Notes: generated from the letters alone by a model not told the origin. Shown: positions 1 through 12,801, counted from the stretch's first letter. The stretch: 64,000 nt of DNA from Phaeosaccion multiseriatum (GCA_965112735.1 OZ218951.1:1860001-1924000), one strand, 5' to 3'. Translations and numbers: made by a program.

Positions 1-659
1 GGGGGTATTACTGGGAGACTGGGGAGGACCCCTGGACCGACGAGTGGACCTCGGACGACAATGGCGCAGCCTTGGTGTCTCTCAGTCAGGAAGGCTTCTC
101 TCTGCATGACAGCCTGCCCGTGTCCGGTCGGGCCTTTGTGGTGCACGCTGCTAACGGCTCAAGGTGAGTGGACACCGCTCTTGCTGCTGCTGTTGGTGTT
201 GGTGTTGTTGTTGGTGTTGGTGGTGGTGGTGGTGGTGGTGGTGGTGGTGGTGGTCAATGAGGACTCGTGATTGCGGCTAAGCCGCACGCCCAGTAAGCTT
301 CCTCCAGGACGAAGTCGCGGCTATCGGTGTTCCAATGGCCCCTCACTACGTTCATGCGCGCACACACGCGCACTCACACGCATGCACACACGCACACACG
401 CACACACGCACACGCACACACGCACACGCATACGCGCGCACACACACACAGGACCGCATGTGGCATTGTGTCTTCACAGGTATCCATGAGCAAAGCTGCC
501 TCAGTAGGGACCTCTGCAGATGGGGATGCTCCAGAGTCCGATCCGGTGGATGAGGCAGGCGAGAACAGCGCTGTTGCTCAAGGAGGAAGCTGCCATCGTG
601 GCTGGCTTGGCGGGGTCTGGAGCTTCCTGGCGGGTGCACTGGTGCTCATGTTGTGGTAG
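1..659 (+). CDS. Cu/Zn superoxide dismutase-fold protein with C-terminal GPI/TM-type tail (5'-partial, last two exons)
   Basis: Exon 1-163 (frame 3: GYYWETGEDPWTDEWTSDDNGAALVSL...VSGRAFVVHAANGSR), intron 164-451 (gtgagt..cacag), exon 452-659 (TACGIVSSQ...WLGGVWSFLAGALVLMLW*). The spliced GRAFVVH..GSR-TACG matches the SOD1 C-terminal GRxxVVH...GSRLACG motif. It is followed by an acidic linker and a terminal hydrophobic stretch. Confidence 0.7.
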
Positions 660-1168
660 GGTATAATGGCGGTGCGTTGGTGGGTGGGTGGGTGGGTGGG
701 TGCGTGTTGATGCGTTCAATAGAATTGACTTGACCCAAGTGAGGCCGTGCAGAGGACGAAGGGTCGCTGAGGTAGGCTTCTGCTGGTCGCCTCCCTTCCC
801 TCGAGGTTATGCGCGTATGGCCCCCTACAGGGGGGGTAAAGCCCTGCTTGCCGGTCCGCTCTTGGAAGAGAATCAATCACTGATTTTGGAGACTTACATA
901 GATCTTGTACTCACATTAGAAAAATATACATACGATAGAAGAGAAGAGAAAGCCGAGAGAAGAGAGAAGAGAAGACAAGAGAAACGAGTGCTGCTGAGCT
1001 TGCAGCACTTGGAATCGAGCCCAAGCGGGACAAGACTAATAGACACCCCCATCAACAATCAACAATCCAAAACAATAAGACACAACCCTTACCCAAGAAC
1101 CCAAGAGCAAAGAATCATGCAAATTGTCGCCATCCTTGACCGCTTCTTCACGTCCACGCATTCCTCTC

Positions 1169-2185
1169 TCAGTCCTCGCAGTCACAGGGGTGGCCATTCG
1201 CGTGCACCCACTGCTTCATCTCCTCGAAGGTCACATTCCTCCCTGCCTCCCACGCACCCACTTTGAGCAGCACCTCAGGGCAAGAGAGTGCGCCCCATGG
1301 ACACACAACGCTCTCCGATCGCAGCCACTGCAAGACCGTCAGGCTCTTCGCGGCCTCGACCGCAACCTCACAGACCATTTCGTCCCAGTCGCACAGGTCA
1401 CGAGCGTTTGCGTGCAGCCAGCGCAGCACCTCCAAGTGCCCCCTCGTCGAGGCCCACATCGCCCCCCATCGCCACTCGCTGTCTCCCTCTGCCGCCTCCA
1501 GCTCAGGCCTGACCCTGGGGTGAGTCAGAAGCATCTGCAGCACATTGACATGTCCCTCTTGGGCAGCCCACACCCACACACTCGCATCGAATGGGGCGTT
1601 CGCCTCATCCAACAGCAGCCACGTGAGCATGTCCACGTCCCCTCTCTGTGCGGCCTCGCCACAAGTCGTCTCGTTCCACGGGCAGGGGCCTCTGTCCGGC
1701 AGATTTCCCGATCGGAGCCACTTGAGAATGCTCAGGCCGTGTTTGGCGTTTCGGGCAGCAGCTGCGCACACGTCCTCATCCCATGCACAGCCGTTGCGAT
1801 GGAGGACCTCGCAGGCGCTCACGTCCCCCCACCAAGCTGCAGCTCTGAACGTGTCGACGGTCAATGGACAGCCCTGCGTGATGGCCCAGTTGAGGCACGC
1901 CACAGATCCCAGTACGCTTCGACGAAGAGCCGTCTCCAACCCAGGATATGCGGCGCTGTACACTCGCCTCCAATCCTTGCTGACGGCAGCGACGAAGACG
2001 TGATGGCCCTTCCCCACAATGTGCAGGACCTTCAGCATCGTGTCCTCCAAAGCAAACTGCCTCACTCCCTCTGCCTCCTCGCTCTCCTCCACTTCAACTT
2101 CTTCTCCACCAGGAGAGGCCTTGGAAGTCGCTCCATCTCCTCCTCCCGCAGGCAGCCGCCGCCGTTTGGCGCTCTCCGCGGTCAT
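1169..2185 (-). CDS. Intronless ankyrin-repeat protein of the GC(P/A)WDE-type family (algal/giant-virus type)
   Basis: Single ORF with likely start MTAESAK at 2185 (ORF track extends to 2293). Repeats include GCAWDEDVCAAAARN, CPWNETTCGEAAQRGDVDMLTWL, WAAQEGHVNVLQML, WASTRGHLEVLRWLHAN, CDWDEMVCEVAV and QWVHANGHPC. Confidence 0.85.
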   Translation of the reverse strand: MTAESAKRRRLPAGGGDGATSKASPGGEEVEVEESEEAEGVRQFALEDTMLKVLHIVGKGHHVFVAAVSKDWRRVYSAAYPGLETALRRSVLGSVACLNWAITQGCPLTVDTFRAAAWWGDVSACEVLHRNGCAWDEDVCAAAARNAKHGLSILKWLRSGNLPDRGPCPWNETTCGEAAQRGDVDMLTWLLLDEANAPFDASVWVWAAQEGHVNVLQMLLTHPRVRPELEAAEGDSEWRWGAMWASTRGHLEVLRWLHANARDLCDWDEMVCEVAVEAAKSLTVLQWLRSESVVCPWGALSCPEVLLKVGAWEAGRNVTFEEMKQWVHANGHPCDCED

Positions 2186-2498
2186 CCTCCCCGCAATGGA
2201 AAGCTCTGAGCAATGGTTTGGGCCATTTTCTTTGGGCTCCAAAGTGATTCGTGATTCCGAAAGTTGAAATCGAAACCGTACCCCCATTTTCATCTGCTGC
2301 CATCCTCCCCCCCCCTTTGTTTGGGGGCTGTTTGGATTTTAATTTTATCCCCCCTCCTCCCCTCCTCCCCTCCTCCTCTCCTGCTGTTTGACCAAGGGTA
2401 TCCTCTCGAGGGTGGGAAGACGAGGATAGCGGCAACTACCGACACGTTGGAATCGGAGGTGATAAGAGGCCGTCCCGGCTTTCTGGACTCCAGAGAGG

Positions 2499-4842
2499 AT
2501 GGCGACTGCCAGGCCTCGGGCCACCGCCTGGACCTATGTCCTTGACGAGGAAGCAGCAGTAGCAGCAAGTGCATCACCAGCCGGAGGTGAAGAAGACAGC
2601 AGTGATGATGACTCTCTGGGCCTCAGTTCGCCGCTGGAGGACCACTTAAGCTCCCCAAGGGAACCTGTTGCGTCCACTGTGCGCTCCTTCTCTCAAGTAG
2701 GAGGGAGAGCAGGAGGAGCAGGGGCCGAGGAGAGTATGACCTGCAAGGGTGGTGCTCTAAAGGAGCAGAGGGTGTCGGGGTATCAGCAGCACAGGCACGT
2801 CTCCCCTGTCCGCTCCATGGCGGTGAAGCCATCGTCTTCTTACAGCGGAACCGTTGGGGCGAGCGGGTATACCGGGTCTTTAGGAGGGAAAGGAGCGGCC
2901 GCACCCACGGCCAAGGGGAAAGAGAATGGCGCCAGTAGTAGCAGCATCATCAGTAGCATTAGCTGCAGCAATGGTGGCAGCAGAGAGCCTTCTCCAAGGG
3001 GAGGAGCAGCAGCAGTAACAGCAGCAGCGCTAGCACAACCACGGCCATCCCCAGAGGGCGAGGAAGAGGCCGCACTTCCTCCTCGCTTCGTCTCAGGCCG
3101 GGGGGGCGTGGCCTTTGAAGTCATAAGCCCCATCCCCGTCAAAGGGACACTTACCTCCTCCTCCACCACCACGACCATGCCATCAGGCGCCGCTAGAACG
3201 GCCCCGTCGACTGTCGCTGGCCCCGCCGGCCCCAATGTGTCGACTGCAGCGGGAACAGAACCCACTGACATACTCCGGGACTATCACATCTCTCCTCACA
3301 TGGCAGAGCAGCCCACACTGCGAGGCAGCAGCAGTGGCAGCGGCAGTGGCAGCGTCAGGCCTGACTTGTTGGGCAGCCGGTACGGGGGTGGTGAAGGTGT
3401 GAAGGGCGATGGATACAATGACGACGACGACGACCGTCTGCTGTGGCTGAGGAATAGCATGAGCCTCCTCGGGCGGTCTCAGCTGGACGGCGTCAGTCAT
3501 CTCTCCGACCCCAACACCGCCCGGAGGCTGATGGACTGCGTAGAGGCGTTGCTGAAGGACCGCAGCAAGAACCAAGACATCATCGAAGACCAGGGCGCAC
3601 AGGTGAGGGGTAGGAGTTTCAGCTCTTGTTATAGCAGTGTCAAGTCACACACACACTTACTTTGTACTGGTTAAACTGAACCGAAGCTCCGCCCCCCGCT
3701 GTATATCCCCTACCTACAAGCCAAGGAGCACCCCCCCCCCCATCCCTCTCACTCTCTCTCTCTTACACCACCCCCGACGCCCACCGCCCGCCCGTACACG
3801 TACCGATATCCTCCACCCCCAACCAACCAACCAACCAACCAACCGACTGACCGACGCCCCCCACAATGCCCCGCCCCATGCACGGTGCATGATGCTCTTA
3901 CCCGCCCAGCTACACCGGGTGAACCGACAGTGCGACGCTCTACGTTGCGATAAGTCGCTGCTCAACGCCAAGGTGCAGGCGGCTTTGTCCGACATACACG
4001 CGCTGGAAGGAAGGTCAGTTCGTCACTCGCTCTCACTCACTCAGTCATTCGCTCACTTCCTTACTCACTCATGCACTTCCTTGACTCTCGTCTATCATCC
4101 TCACGCGCTGGAAAGGGGCTCACTCACTCACTCACTCACTCACTCACTCGCTCGCTCATTCTTTACATAGCAAGTCTGCTCATGTATAGATTTACATAGT
4201 GACGGCAAACATGGGCAAGACAGTGGGAGTATGGCAAGTGACTGCTGTCAAGTTGTGTGCTACCTTTGGCAGAGACCTTCGGGTGGGCGGTTGTGTGTGT
4301 GTGTGTGTGTGTGTGCTGGATGACTTTGTCTAGCGTCGGAGACCATCTCCAAGTAGCTTCCAAAGACAAAGACCGTGGGGTGGGGTTGGAGGAGGAAAAG
4401 CCCGACTCTGACTCTTTCTGGGCTTCCTCTCTCCTCTCTCTCTCTCTCTCTCCCTCTGATCTCTCTCTCTCCTTGTATGTCGGTCGGTCGGTCCGTCCGT
4501 CCGTCGCGCTACACAGAGAGAAGGCGGTGTCGAAGGAGAGGCGTGTGGAGCAGCGCAACTGGAGACTGCACAAGGAGGAGTTAGAGAAGACCGTGGCGCA
4601 GCTCGAGGGGAGGGAGAACCAATTTAAGGCCGCCTTTAAGAAGAAGGAGGTAAGAAAGAGGGAGTCGGGGAAGGAGGGAGGAAGAGAGGGGAGGGGAGGG
4701 AAGGGGAAAGAGCTACGAGTAGGTTCGGCTTGGCGGATGGCATCGAGGAAATGGAAGGGAACGGAACGGAATAGAATGGAACACGTCTCACATGAGAGTG
4801 TCTGTGGGCCGGCGGCGAGTTGTGGCAATCAAAAGTCTGGAG

Positions 4843-4894
<52 letters not shown>

Positions 4895-6852
4895 CTTCAG
4901 TGCTGTGCACACCTCCTCTGGCAAATGAACTCACATCCTGCGCCCTCCCTCCCGAACACAAACGTCGAACACAAATGTGTACCCCTCAACACGCGTGCAC
5001 ACACACACACCGATCGACAGGCCGAGTACAACAGATTGCGTGACAGCCTCCAACGCGAGACTCTGAAGGAGCGAAAGCAGAAGTTGGGTGGCGCAGGGAT
5101 GGGCATCCAACTGAAATTCAACCTACCCCCCGGGGTGGCCAAGCCTTCCATCTCGAGCCGCGGAGACGCTGCCCACAAGTCCCCCCTGGAGGGGCTGCTC
5201 AAAGACCGCTACGAGCATCGACTGTCGGCCCTTGAGGAGGAGAATGATAAGCTCAAGGGGTGTCTTCGGCAGCTTGCGGACACGTTTGAGGCGTTGCAGG
5301 AGTACCAGGATGACCATGCTGAGCTCGGGGCCAAGCAGGAGGCCTGGAGGGCTGAGGCGGAGGCCAAGGCCAAGGAGGAGGCAGAGCGACGAGGAGGAGG
5401 GGGAGGAGGAGGAGGAGGGGAAGAGGCAGGGGCTCGCTTGCTGGGCGAGATGCTGGCAGGGGAGAAGGAGAAGAATCCGCTGTGGAACATGCCCATCGGT
5501 GAGTGAGTCAGTTCATTAGTTTGTCAATGATTGATTGAGTGAGTGAGAGTGGTCACGGTGGAGTAGACGGAGGAGGAGAAGGAGCAGGAGGTCCATCCAG
5601 CTTGGGGGGTTAGACTGATGGCAACGACTTGGTGAGGCCCCTGCCCTGGATACAGAACACGCTCTCTCTGGCAGTAGAAGACAAGACCTTCCATGCCTTT
5701 CTGTGTGTTGGCAATTGGATTCATAACTGTGTATCTCTCTCCGTTGTGTGTGTGTCTCATACGTCTGTCTCCTTTTGTGTGGTGTGTGTGCGGTACTCTC
5801 CTCCCCCCTCCTTCTCCAGACTGGCTACTGCGCTACTTGGGAGAGCCCATGATGAAGCAGGCCTTGCAAATGAGTGAGGCGGTAAGAGTGTTGCTGGACG
5901 AAGAGAGGGCGGAGAAGGAGGAGCATCGGCAGGAGGAGGAGGAGGAGGGCGAGGTGGAGGGAGAGGAGGCCGCTGACCGCAGCAGCAATGGCAGTAGCAG
6001 CAGCAGCAGCAGCAGGGTCCCCGCAGAGATCAAGGTGGGTGTTTCTTTTCAGAGCAAGTACAATGGCAGCTCCGAGTACAGCCCCTGTCGGCCACAAGGG
6101 TCTTCTCGTCTGTCTATTCCAGAAGCGGTGGGGACAGAGACGCGTGCCGTGCCGTGCCATGTGTGTGTGTGCGTCCGTTCTTCGCGACTCCTCTCATCGA
6201 TACTTGCTAACGTAACAACTCGTCGCCCGGCCTCGCGCTCCGCTTCGGGTGGCTGTCTACTGGCTTTTCCGTTGTTCTCTCTCCGATCTCTCTCCCCCCC
6301 TCTCTGTCTCTCTGGGGCGGTTGGTGCGATGTCGTGTGGTGCAAACAGGCGCTCAGAGAGAAGCTGCGCGAGGCGAGGAGGTTGCTTCGAGAGCAGCTGG
6401 ACCTCCTGCACCAAACCCTCTTCAACCGCGAGTGGCGAGAGAAGCAGCACAACGAGCTCGTGCAGAGGGGTGGGAGGGCTCTGCCGGGCGAGGAGGGAGG
6501 GGGTCTAGACTTGGAAGTGGAAGGGATGGGGGAGGGGGAGGGGGAGGAGGAGGACGGGGCTTCTTCGCTTTCGGCGCTCTTCGACTCCAGAGAGGCCCTG
6601 CGGTTGGAGCGGGAGAGTCTCGCCAGGGAGAGGGCTGCCCTGATGGAGGGCTATCAATCCCACGCCCTCCCGCCGCAATCCCCCGGGCCGCAGGGGTCGT
6701 GTCTCACCCCCCCCTCCTCCTCCAGGCGGTCATCGCTACGTGACGTGAACATGAGCCTTCCTGACGCGTCGCCTTGTACCGCTCGCATGCTCGCTGACTT
6801 GGGTATCTCGGGCATGAGAGTGGGGGCGAGTGCAGGGGATGAAGAGGCGTAG
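2499..6852 (+). CDS. SSX2IP/ADIP/Msd1-like coiled-coil (centrosome/microtubule-anchoring) protein
   Basis: Six exons joined in frame by GT-AG introns (approx. 2499-3602, 3910-4012, 4517-4649, 5021-5498, 5820-6034, 6349-6852). Disordered N-terminus, then coiled coil LMDCVEALLKDR...LEKTVAQLEGRENQFKAAFKKKE|AEYNRLRDSL, resembling the ADIP family pattern. Family assignment is from memory, not a search. Confidence 0.6.
4847..4892. repeat. (GT)n microsatellite, intronic
   Basis: Uninterrupted GT run of ~46 nt. Confidence 0.95.
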
Positions 6853-8732
6853 GACGATTCGTAGGGGTCTGTGGTCCGTAGGGGGTTACAAGCGGTGCTT
6901 GTCAAGCACGTGTCAGGCACGTGAGTTTCAGGACTGTTCCGTTCCCTTTCCCCGGGCAGCGTAGCATTAGCGACCATCCGCGGATGAAACTGCAACCCTG
7001 TTAGCGACTGCTACCTTTATGGGGTGGTGGCGTGCGCTCGTCAATACAAATTCATGTACCATACAAAAGTAAAACAACATCAAAAAAAGCTTTACTTTCA
7101 ACGTAAAAAAGGATGCGATGCGAGGTTTGTTCGAAAAGTGTATTTACAGTGAGTTGCAGGAGGGGCCCCGCCACATCACATCTCACAGCAAGTGCAGTGC
7201 AGTGCAGTGCAGTGAGTGGGTGGAGAAGATGGGTCGCCGCGGCGCTATTGAGGGGGGGCCGACCCTGAATGAAAAAGACAACAAAGACTTGTGGTGAGAA
7301 AGGCATAAAGGTGGATGAGAGGGGCAGTTCAGTTCGTGTTGGAAGCAGAGCGCCAACCTTCCCTTCTCTTCCCAGCCACGCCAAGAGACGCCAGGCCAAG
7401 AGAGATGACAAGTGTACGTAAGCACGATACGTATGTGTCTCTCTCGCCCGCAGTTGCACGCCCTTAAATGTCTTGACCTTGCATCGATGGATGGCATTGA
7501 ATGGGAATTTCGATCCAGCAGCAGCAGCAGCAGCAGCAGATGATGATACAGCAGCAGCATCCGATGATCCGTGTAGAGCGAGCGTGAAGAGGCACCGCCA
7601 TTTTGGGGTGCGCGCGGTACGTCAAGCATGTGGGGGAAGGGAGGACACACAGAGAGGGGAGGGGGCAAAGGAGAGCAGACGAGGCGTAGGGGGTAGTGGG
7701 AGACAGACAGGAGGGAAGGACTCCGTCTTAACAAGGAGGAGGCGAGGAGGGAAACGAGGACGGGACGCATATAGAAGGAAGGAATTCAATTCAGGAGCGA
7801 GGGTGGGGACTTGACACCAGTTAAGGAGCAGACACACACGCACACACATGCACACACACACGACAGCAAGCAGTTGAAGCGGACGGACGGAAAACAATTC
7901 TGTGGACTTACTACGTTGTAAGGTGAGTGTGTTTTCTCACGTCTCCGCTCCGCTTCGTCGTGTCCTGTCCATTCTCTGCCCCTTCCCTCTCATCTACCCT
8001 CTTCTCCTTTATCTCCTCTCCTCCCTTTTCTCTCTTCCTCCTCTCTCCCCTTTCTCCTCCCCTGGTGACGTGATGTTGGTGTCAAGTGTCAGGACTTTGT
8101 GTAACCGTCGCGATCGGTATGCCCCATGTCTCCATCGCCCTTTGGTTTCCCCCGAGGGGGGGAGGGGGGGGCAAGAAGAGAGGGCTACACACAGCATCTA
8201 GACCCAAGGGTGACACACACACACTCCCTCCCTTCCCCTCGTCTTCCTCTCTGTACTTACCTTACCTTCCGAAATCGCATTGGCAACCGCTCCCCCAACA
8301 AACATATGAGGCTGCCTCTGCCTCCCTCACTTCTCAAAATATTCCTAGAAAAAGGATTTTTCACCCCTGTCTATCTGTCGTTCTATCCACCTATATCCGA
8401 AGACACGCGTACATGTACATGTCACACATCACCCTCTGCGCTAAGAGCCATGACCTTTCCGCTCCAAGCTAAGGACCATTCACAGACTCATTCCACGACA
8501 AAAGACTAGAGAAGGAGAGAGAGAGAAAGAGAGACAAGGAGCAAGATATCGACTTCCAAAGTCGCACACCTCCCTCTCTATCCTCCGCTTAACCTCCCCC
8601 TCCCCCCCCTCATCCGTACGCCCGCACGCACGCACCCACACACATATACGTAGTGTCCGCCTCGACCCATGCTTTGCCTCCCTTTGAACGAACGAACGAA
8701 CTAAAGGCCAATGCAAGTGAGCCAGCGACGAG

Positions 8733-9296
8733 TCAAATGGATTGTTTGGCCCTGTCCTCGACCACCTTCTTCAAAGCGGCGATGCGCTGATTTGATTCGC
8801 ATCATTTAACCATGCATACAACAGCGGGGCGGATCAGGCGGGGCGAAGAAGACAACCACAAGGCAGCAGAGGCGAACAGAAGAGAGCAAGAGGGAGAGAG
8901 GGAGAGAGAGTGGGGCGTTTACTCGTGTCGCACGAGGAGCAGGAAGCAGGATACGAAAAACAGGAGATGGAAAACAGAGCTCAGGTGCTCACATACCCCC
9001 CTGCACCATCGCCAATGCACCCCTCCAACACATACACACACCACACGCACACAGGCACCCACGCACTCACGCCCCACGCACGCACCTGCGCGTCTGCCTC
9101 CATCGTCTGCGCCGACACCTCCACGGACTGTGCCCTCATCTTGCCCACGCTAACCTCCTGATCGGCAACCTGTCCAGCCATGCGCTTGAGGGTCTCGCCC
9201 ACCCTGGACGGATGGGGGAGGAGGAGACGAGAAAGGAGGGGTGGGGGTGTGTGGGTTGCGTGGCAAGCAGTAACAGGGGGCGGGGAACCATTCATA

Positions 9297-9335
<39 letters not shown>

Positions 9336-10031
9336 CTTGATCTCCCCCTGCACCGATGCCAGCAGCTTCTCCTGTTTCTGTATCTTGAGCTGCAGTTGGC
9401 GTGCCTGTAACCGCCGCTCCTTGCGCTTCAGCTCCAGGAGGTGAAAGTTCTTGAGCTGCGCAAGCTCCGCCATCTTGTCCTTCGGCGACGCCATTTGTGT
9501 ATGTGCCTGTGCCATTTGTGGCTGTGACGCAGACGTAGAGGTGGTAGCTGCTGGTGCTGCTGCTGTACCACCACCTGCTGGAGGGGGCTGGAGACGGGGG
9601 GGACGAAGCGCTGCTGCTGCGGAGGCCGCCGGCGAAGGCTCGTCACTCGCGAGAGGGACCGACTGTGATGATGGGGATGAGGATGGTGATGGTGATGGTG
9701 GTGATAGTTTTGCAGGGGGTACCACCAAGAGAGCCACCCCTTCATTGCCTTCCTTGACGGCTTTCCCCTTTTCTTCCTCCTCCTTCTGTCCTTTTCTCCG
9801 TCTCTCTTGCATCAATCGTTGGTCCTTCTCTGCGAGAGTAGGAGGAGAAGGAACAGGGAGTGCTGCTGCTGCTACTGCCGCTGCACCACCGGCACTCAAA
9901 TCGCTCTTCGTTGTATCCCTCACCCACACGTTGGTGCTTCGCTTGGCCCTTGACAAGGCGGTTGTCGAGGCCGTAGCCAGAGGGGGAGAGAGCTTCCCCA
10001 CACTACTGCTGCTGCCCGTCGTGCTGATAAA

Positions 10032-10073
<42 letters not shown>

Positions 10074-12766
10074 GGTGCCACCACTGCTACTACTCATCTT
10101 CATCTTGCCGCTCCTGCTACTGCTCTGATTCTGAAAGAAGGGCCCATCAAAGGCGTACTCGTATGGCTCCTTTGCCAACTCACGCTCCATGGCCAAGTCC
10201 CTTACAATGTACAGTCTCTGAGACTCCGCAGACAAAGGAGGCAGGCCTGGGGTCCCCCCTCCCCCTCCCTTTGTGGCCACTGCCCTCCCTACAACCGCCG
10301 AGGCTGGAGGGAGGGGGGAGAGTGAGCGTGCCCTCGCGTTGCCTGCCGCTCCTCCCGCTCCCGCTCCTGCTCGGGGGTGGGCGGTAGTCGTCCCCGAAAG
10401 CGCGACTACTACTCCTCCTGGTCCCCCCCCCCGCCCGCCCCCTGCTCCACCTCTTCCTCCTTGCTTTACTTCTCCTTCTCCCTCCCCCTCTTGCTCTCCC
10501 TCTGCCGTTGTTGCTGCTGCCCCGACTGCCTTTGCTGCCTTCATCTTTGCCCGCCGCGATTTCAAAGCCGCCTCTCGCAGAGCAGTCTCAATGGCGGTCG
10601 GGTCCGTAGGCTTCGTCTTGCCGTAGGCAGAAGGCCCATCTTCCCCCGTCATAGCAATATCGTCAACGCCCCCGTCCTCCCCCTCCCCCTCCCAGCCGCC
10701 ATGGCCCGAGAACGACCCTCTGCTGTCTACATCTGCAGATGCATACCCGTAAGCGTACTCCTCATTCTCATCATAACCGTACCCCTCCCCATCGCCGTAC
10801 TCATATCCGTAGCTGCTGCCAGCCCCATCCTCGCCGCCGTCGGAGGGCCTACCGTCGCTTCCAAAGTACGACCCGTTGGGGAATCCATCATCACCACCAT
10901 GGCCTACTTCCTCTCGCTCCTGTGTCTGCCCCCCTCCCCCATCGTCCCACCAATCCTCCTGCTCCTGCCCACTATCGTTTCCATGGTAACGGCGGTCGTC
11001 CCCGTTCTCCTCCTCGCCCTCGTACGACCCCCCTGCTGCCGCTATTGCTATTGCATCCCCCCCTCCTCCTCCTCCTCCTCCTCCTCCTCCTCCTCCTCCT
11101 CCTCCCCCTCCTCCTCCTCCTCCTGCCCCTCCCCCTCGTCGTCCTACTGCCCCCCCTCCTCCTCTTGCTCCTGCTCCTGATCCTCCTGTTGCCGTTCCGC
11201 TTGCTCCAGCTGCCTTTCTCTTCATCGCCTTCGCCCTCATTGCTTTCACAGCGGCGTCTCTCAGGCGCTGCATCTCCTCGCTGGCATCACCCCTATTGCC
11301 TGGTGCATGGCCTGCCATACGACTTGCTCCTTCCGTACCAGATTGATTGAGCATGTCTTGTTCTGCTTCATCGCCGAAATCGTCCTCCATGTCAACATCC
11401 ATGGACTCGGCTTCCCCTCCCTCGACTCCTCGCCAAGCTTCTCCTCCTCCTCCTCCTCCTCCTCCTCCTCCTCCTCCTCCTCCCCCTTCTTCTTCTTCTG
11501 CTGCTGCTGCTCCTGCTCCTGTATACGCTGCTTGTTCTTCCCCTCTTGCACTTTTTCCTGTCCATCCTTCTTCATCTGGCTTGAGTCCACCAGAGCGCAT
11601 TCTCTTCATCCTCATCTCCCTTGCCCGAGCTGCCAACCGCTGCACTTCAGTAAGGGGCAGTGCGGATATCAGAGTCACAGGTTCGGGTTCAGGAGGAGGA
11701 GGAGGAGGGGGAGGGGGGGGATGGGGGGCACCCGCACTCCAAACAGGGAGTGGAGGTGGTAGAGGCGGTAGCGCCGGTAGAGGTGGGTCAAGTACACCCC
11801 CCTTGCAATCACCGCCACCCCCTTCGTTCTCCTCCTCCTCCTCCTCCTCCTCCTCCTTCTTCTTCTTCTTCTTCTTCTCGTTCTCGGTCTCCCTCCTCCG
11901 TCTCAAGGTCTTTCTCCTCCTTGAGCTTGGCTTAGCCTTCTTACGGCCCCCCATCCTCGGTTCCTTTACTTCCAGCGCTTCCAGTGGCCTCCACTCCTCC
12001 TCCCGACTTGAATCTACAACCCCCTGCCCCCGCCCTTGCTGCTGCCCCTGCTGCTGCTGCTGCCTCTTCTGTTGTTCCATCCATGATGACAAGGGTTGAT
12101 GTACCTCCCCTTCCTCCTCCTCCTCCTCCTCCTCCTCCTCCCCCTCCTCCTTCTCCTCCTCATGCTCTCCCTCCTCTACTGCGGGCACCATTGTTTCCAC
12201 CCAAACGTCCACATCATCACCGCCACCATCATTATGCTCATCCACGCCCACACGACTACCACGACCATCCGCGTAACTACCAGGAGCAGCATCAGAAGCA
12301 GCCCTCCCCCCTCTACAATGCCTCGTATGCAGCCCCTGGTGGTCCAGGCCCATCCAATGAGCCACCAAGGCTCGGATGCTTCTATTGCGGAAGAGCAACA
12401 CTAGCACCAACTCGGAGCCCGCTGCCACCTCTGCAGGGTCACAGCTTTGGGGGAGGGGGAGGGGGGGGTTGTCTGCCTCTGCCTCTGCCTCTGCCTCTGC
12501 CGCAGAGCCGCCAGAGCGTACTCTTCGGTCATCATCCGTATGTTGAAATGTTGCTGCTGCTGTTGCTGCGGCTGCTGCTGGTGGCTGTTGCTGCTGCAGT
12601 GGACTGTTCTCTGCTTGATTGGTCTCTTGCCCGCAAAAGAGCTCCCGAAAGCGCCCCTCCCCCCTCAGAAGGGCGGACCGGGATACCCACCTACGCATAT
12701 AACAGCACAAGACCAAAAAGGTACGAGTACAGAAAAGGCGGAGTGTGTGTGTGCGTGTGTGTATGG

Positions 12767-12801
<35 letters not shown>

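Noticed and set aside
688-1266. 192-aa ORF downstream of the SOD-like gene
   Set aside because: Non-ATG start, runs through GA repeats and 3' UTR-like sequence, and has no recognisable motif.
1124-2209. 361-aa plus-strand ORF, and similar long antisense ORFs (e.g. 59393-60262, 41739-42623, 30676-31572)
   Set aside because: They are shadows of real genes on the opposite strand in GC-rich, triplet-repeat sequence and have no domain motifs.
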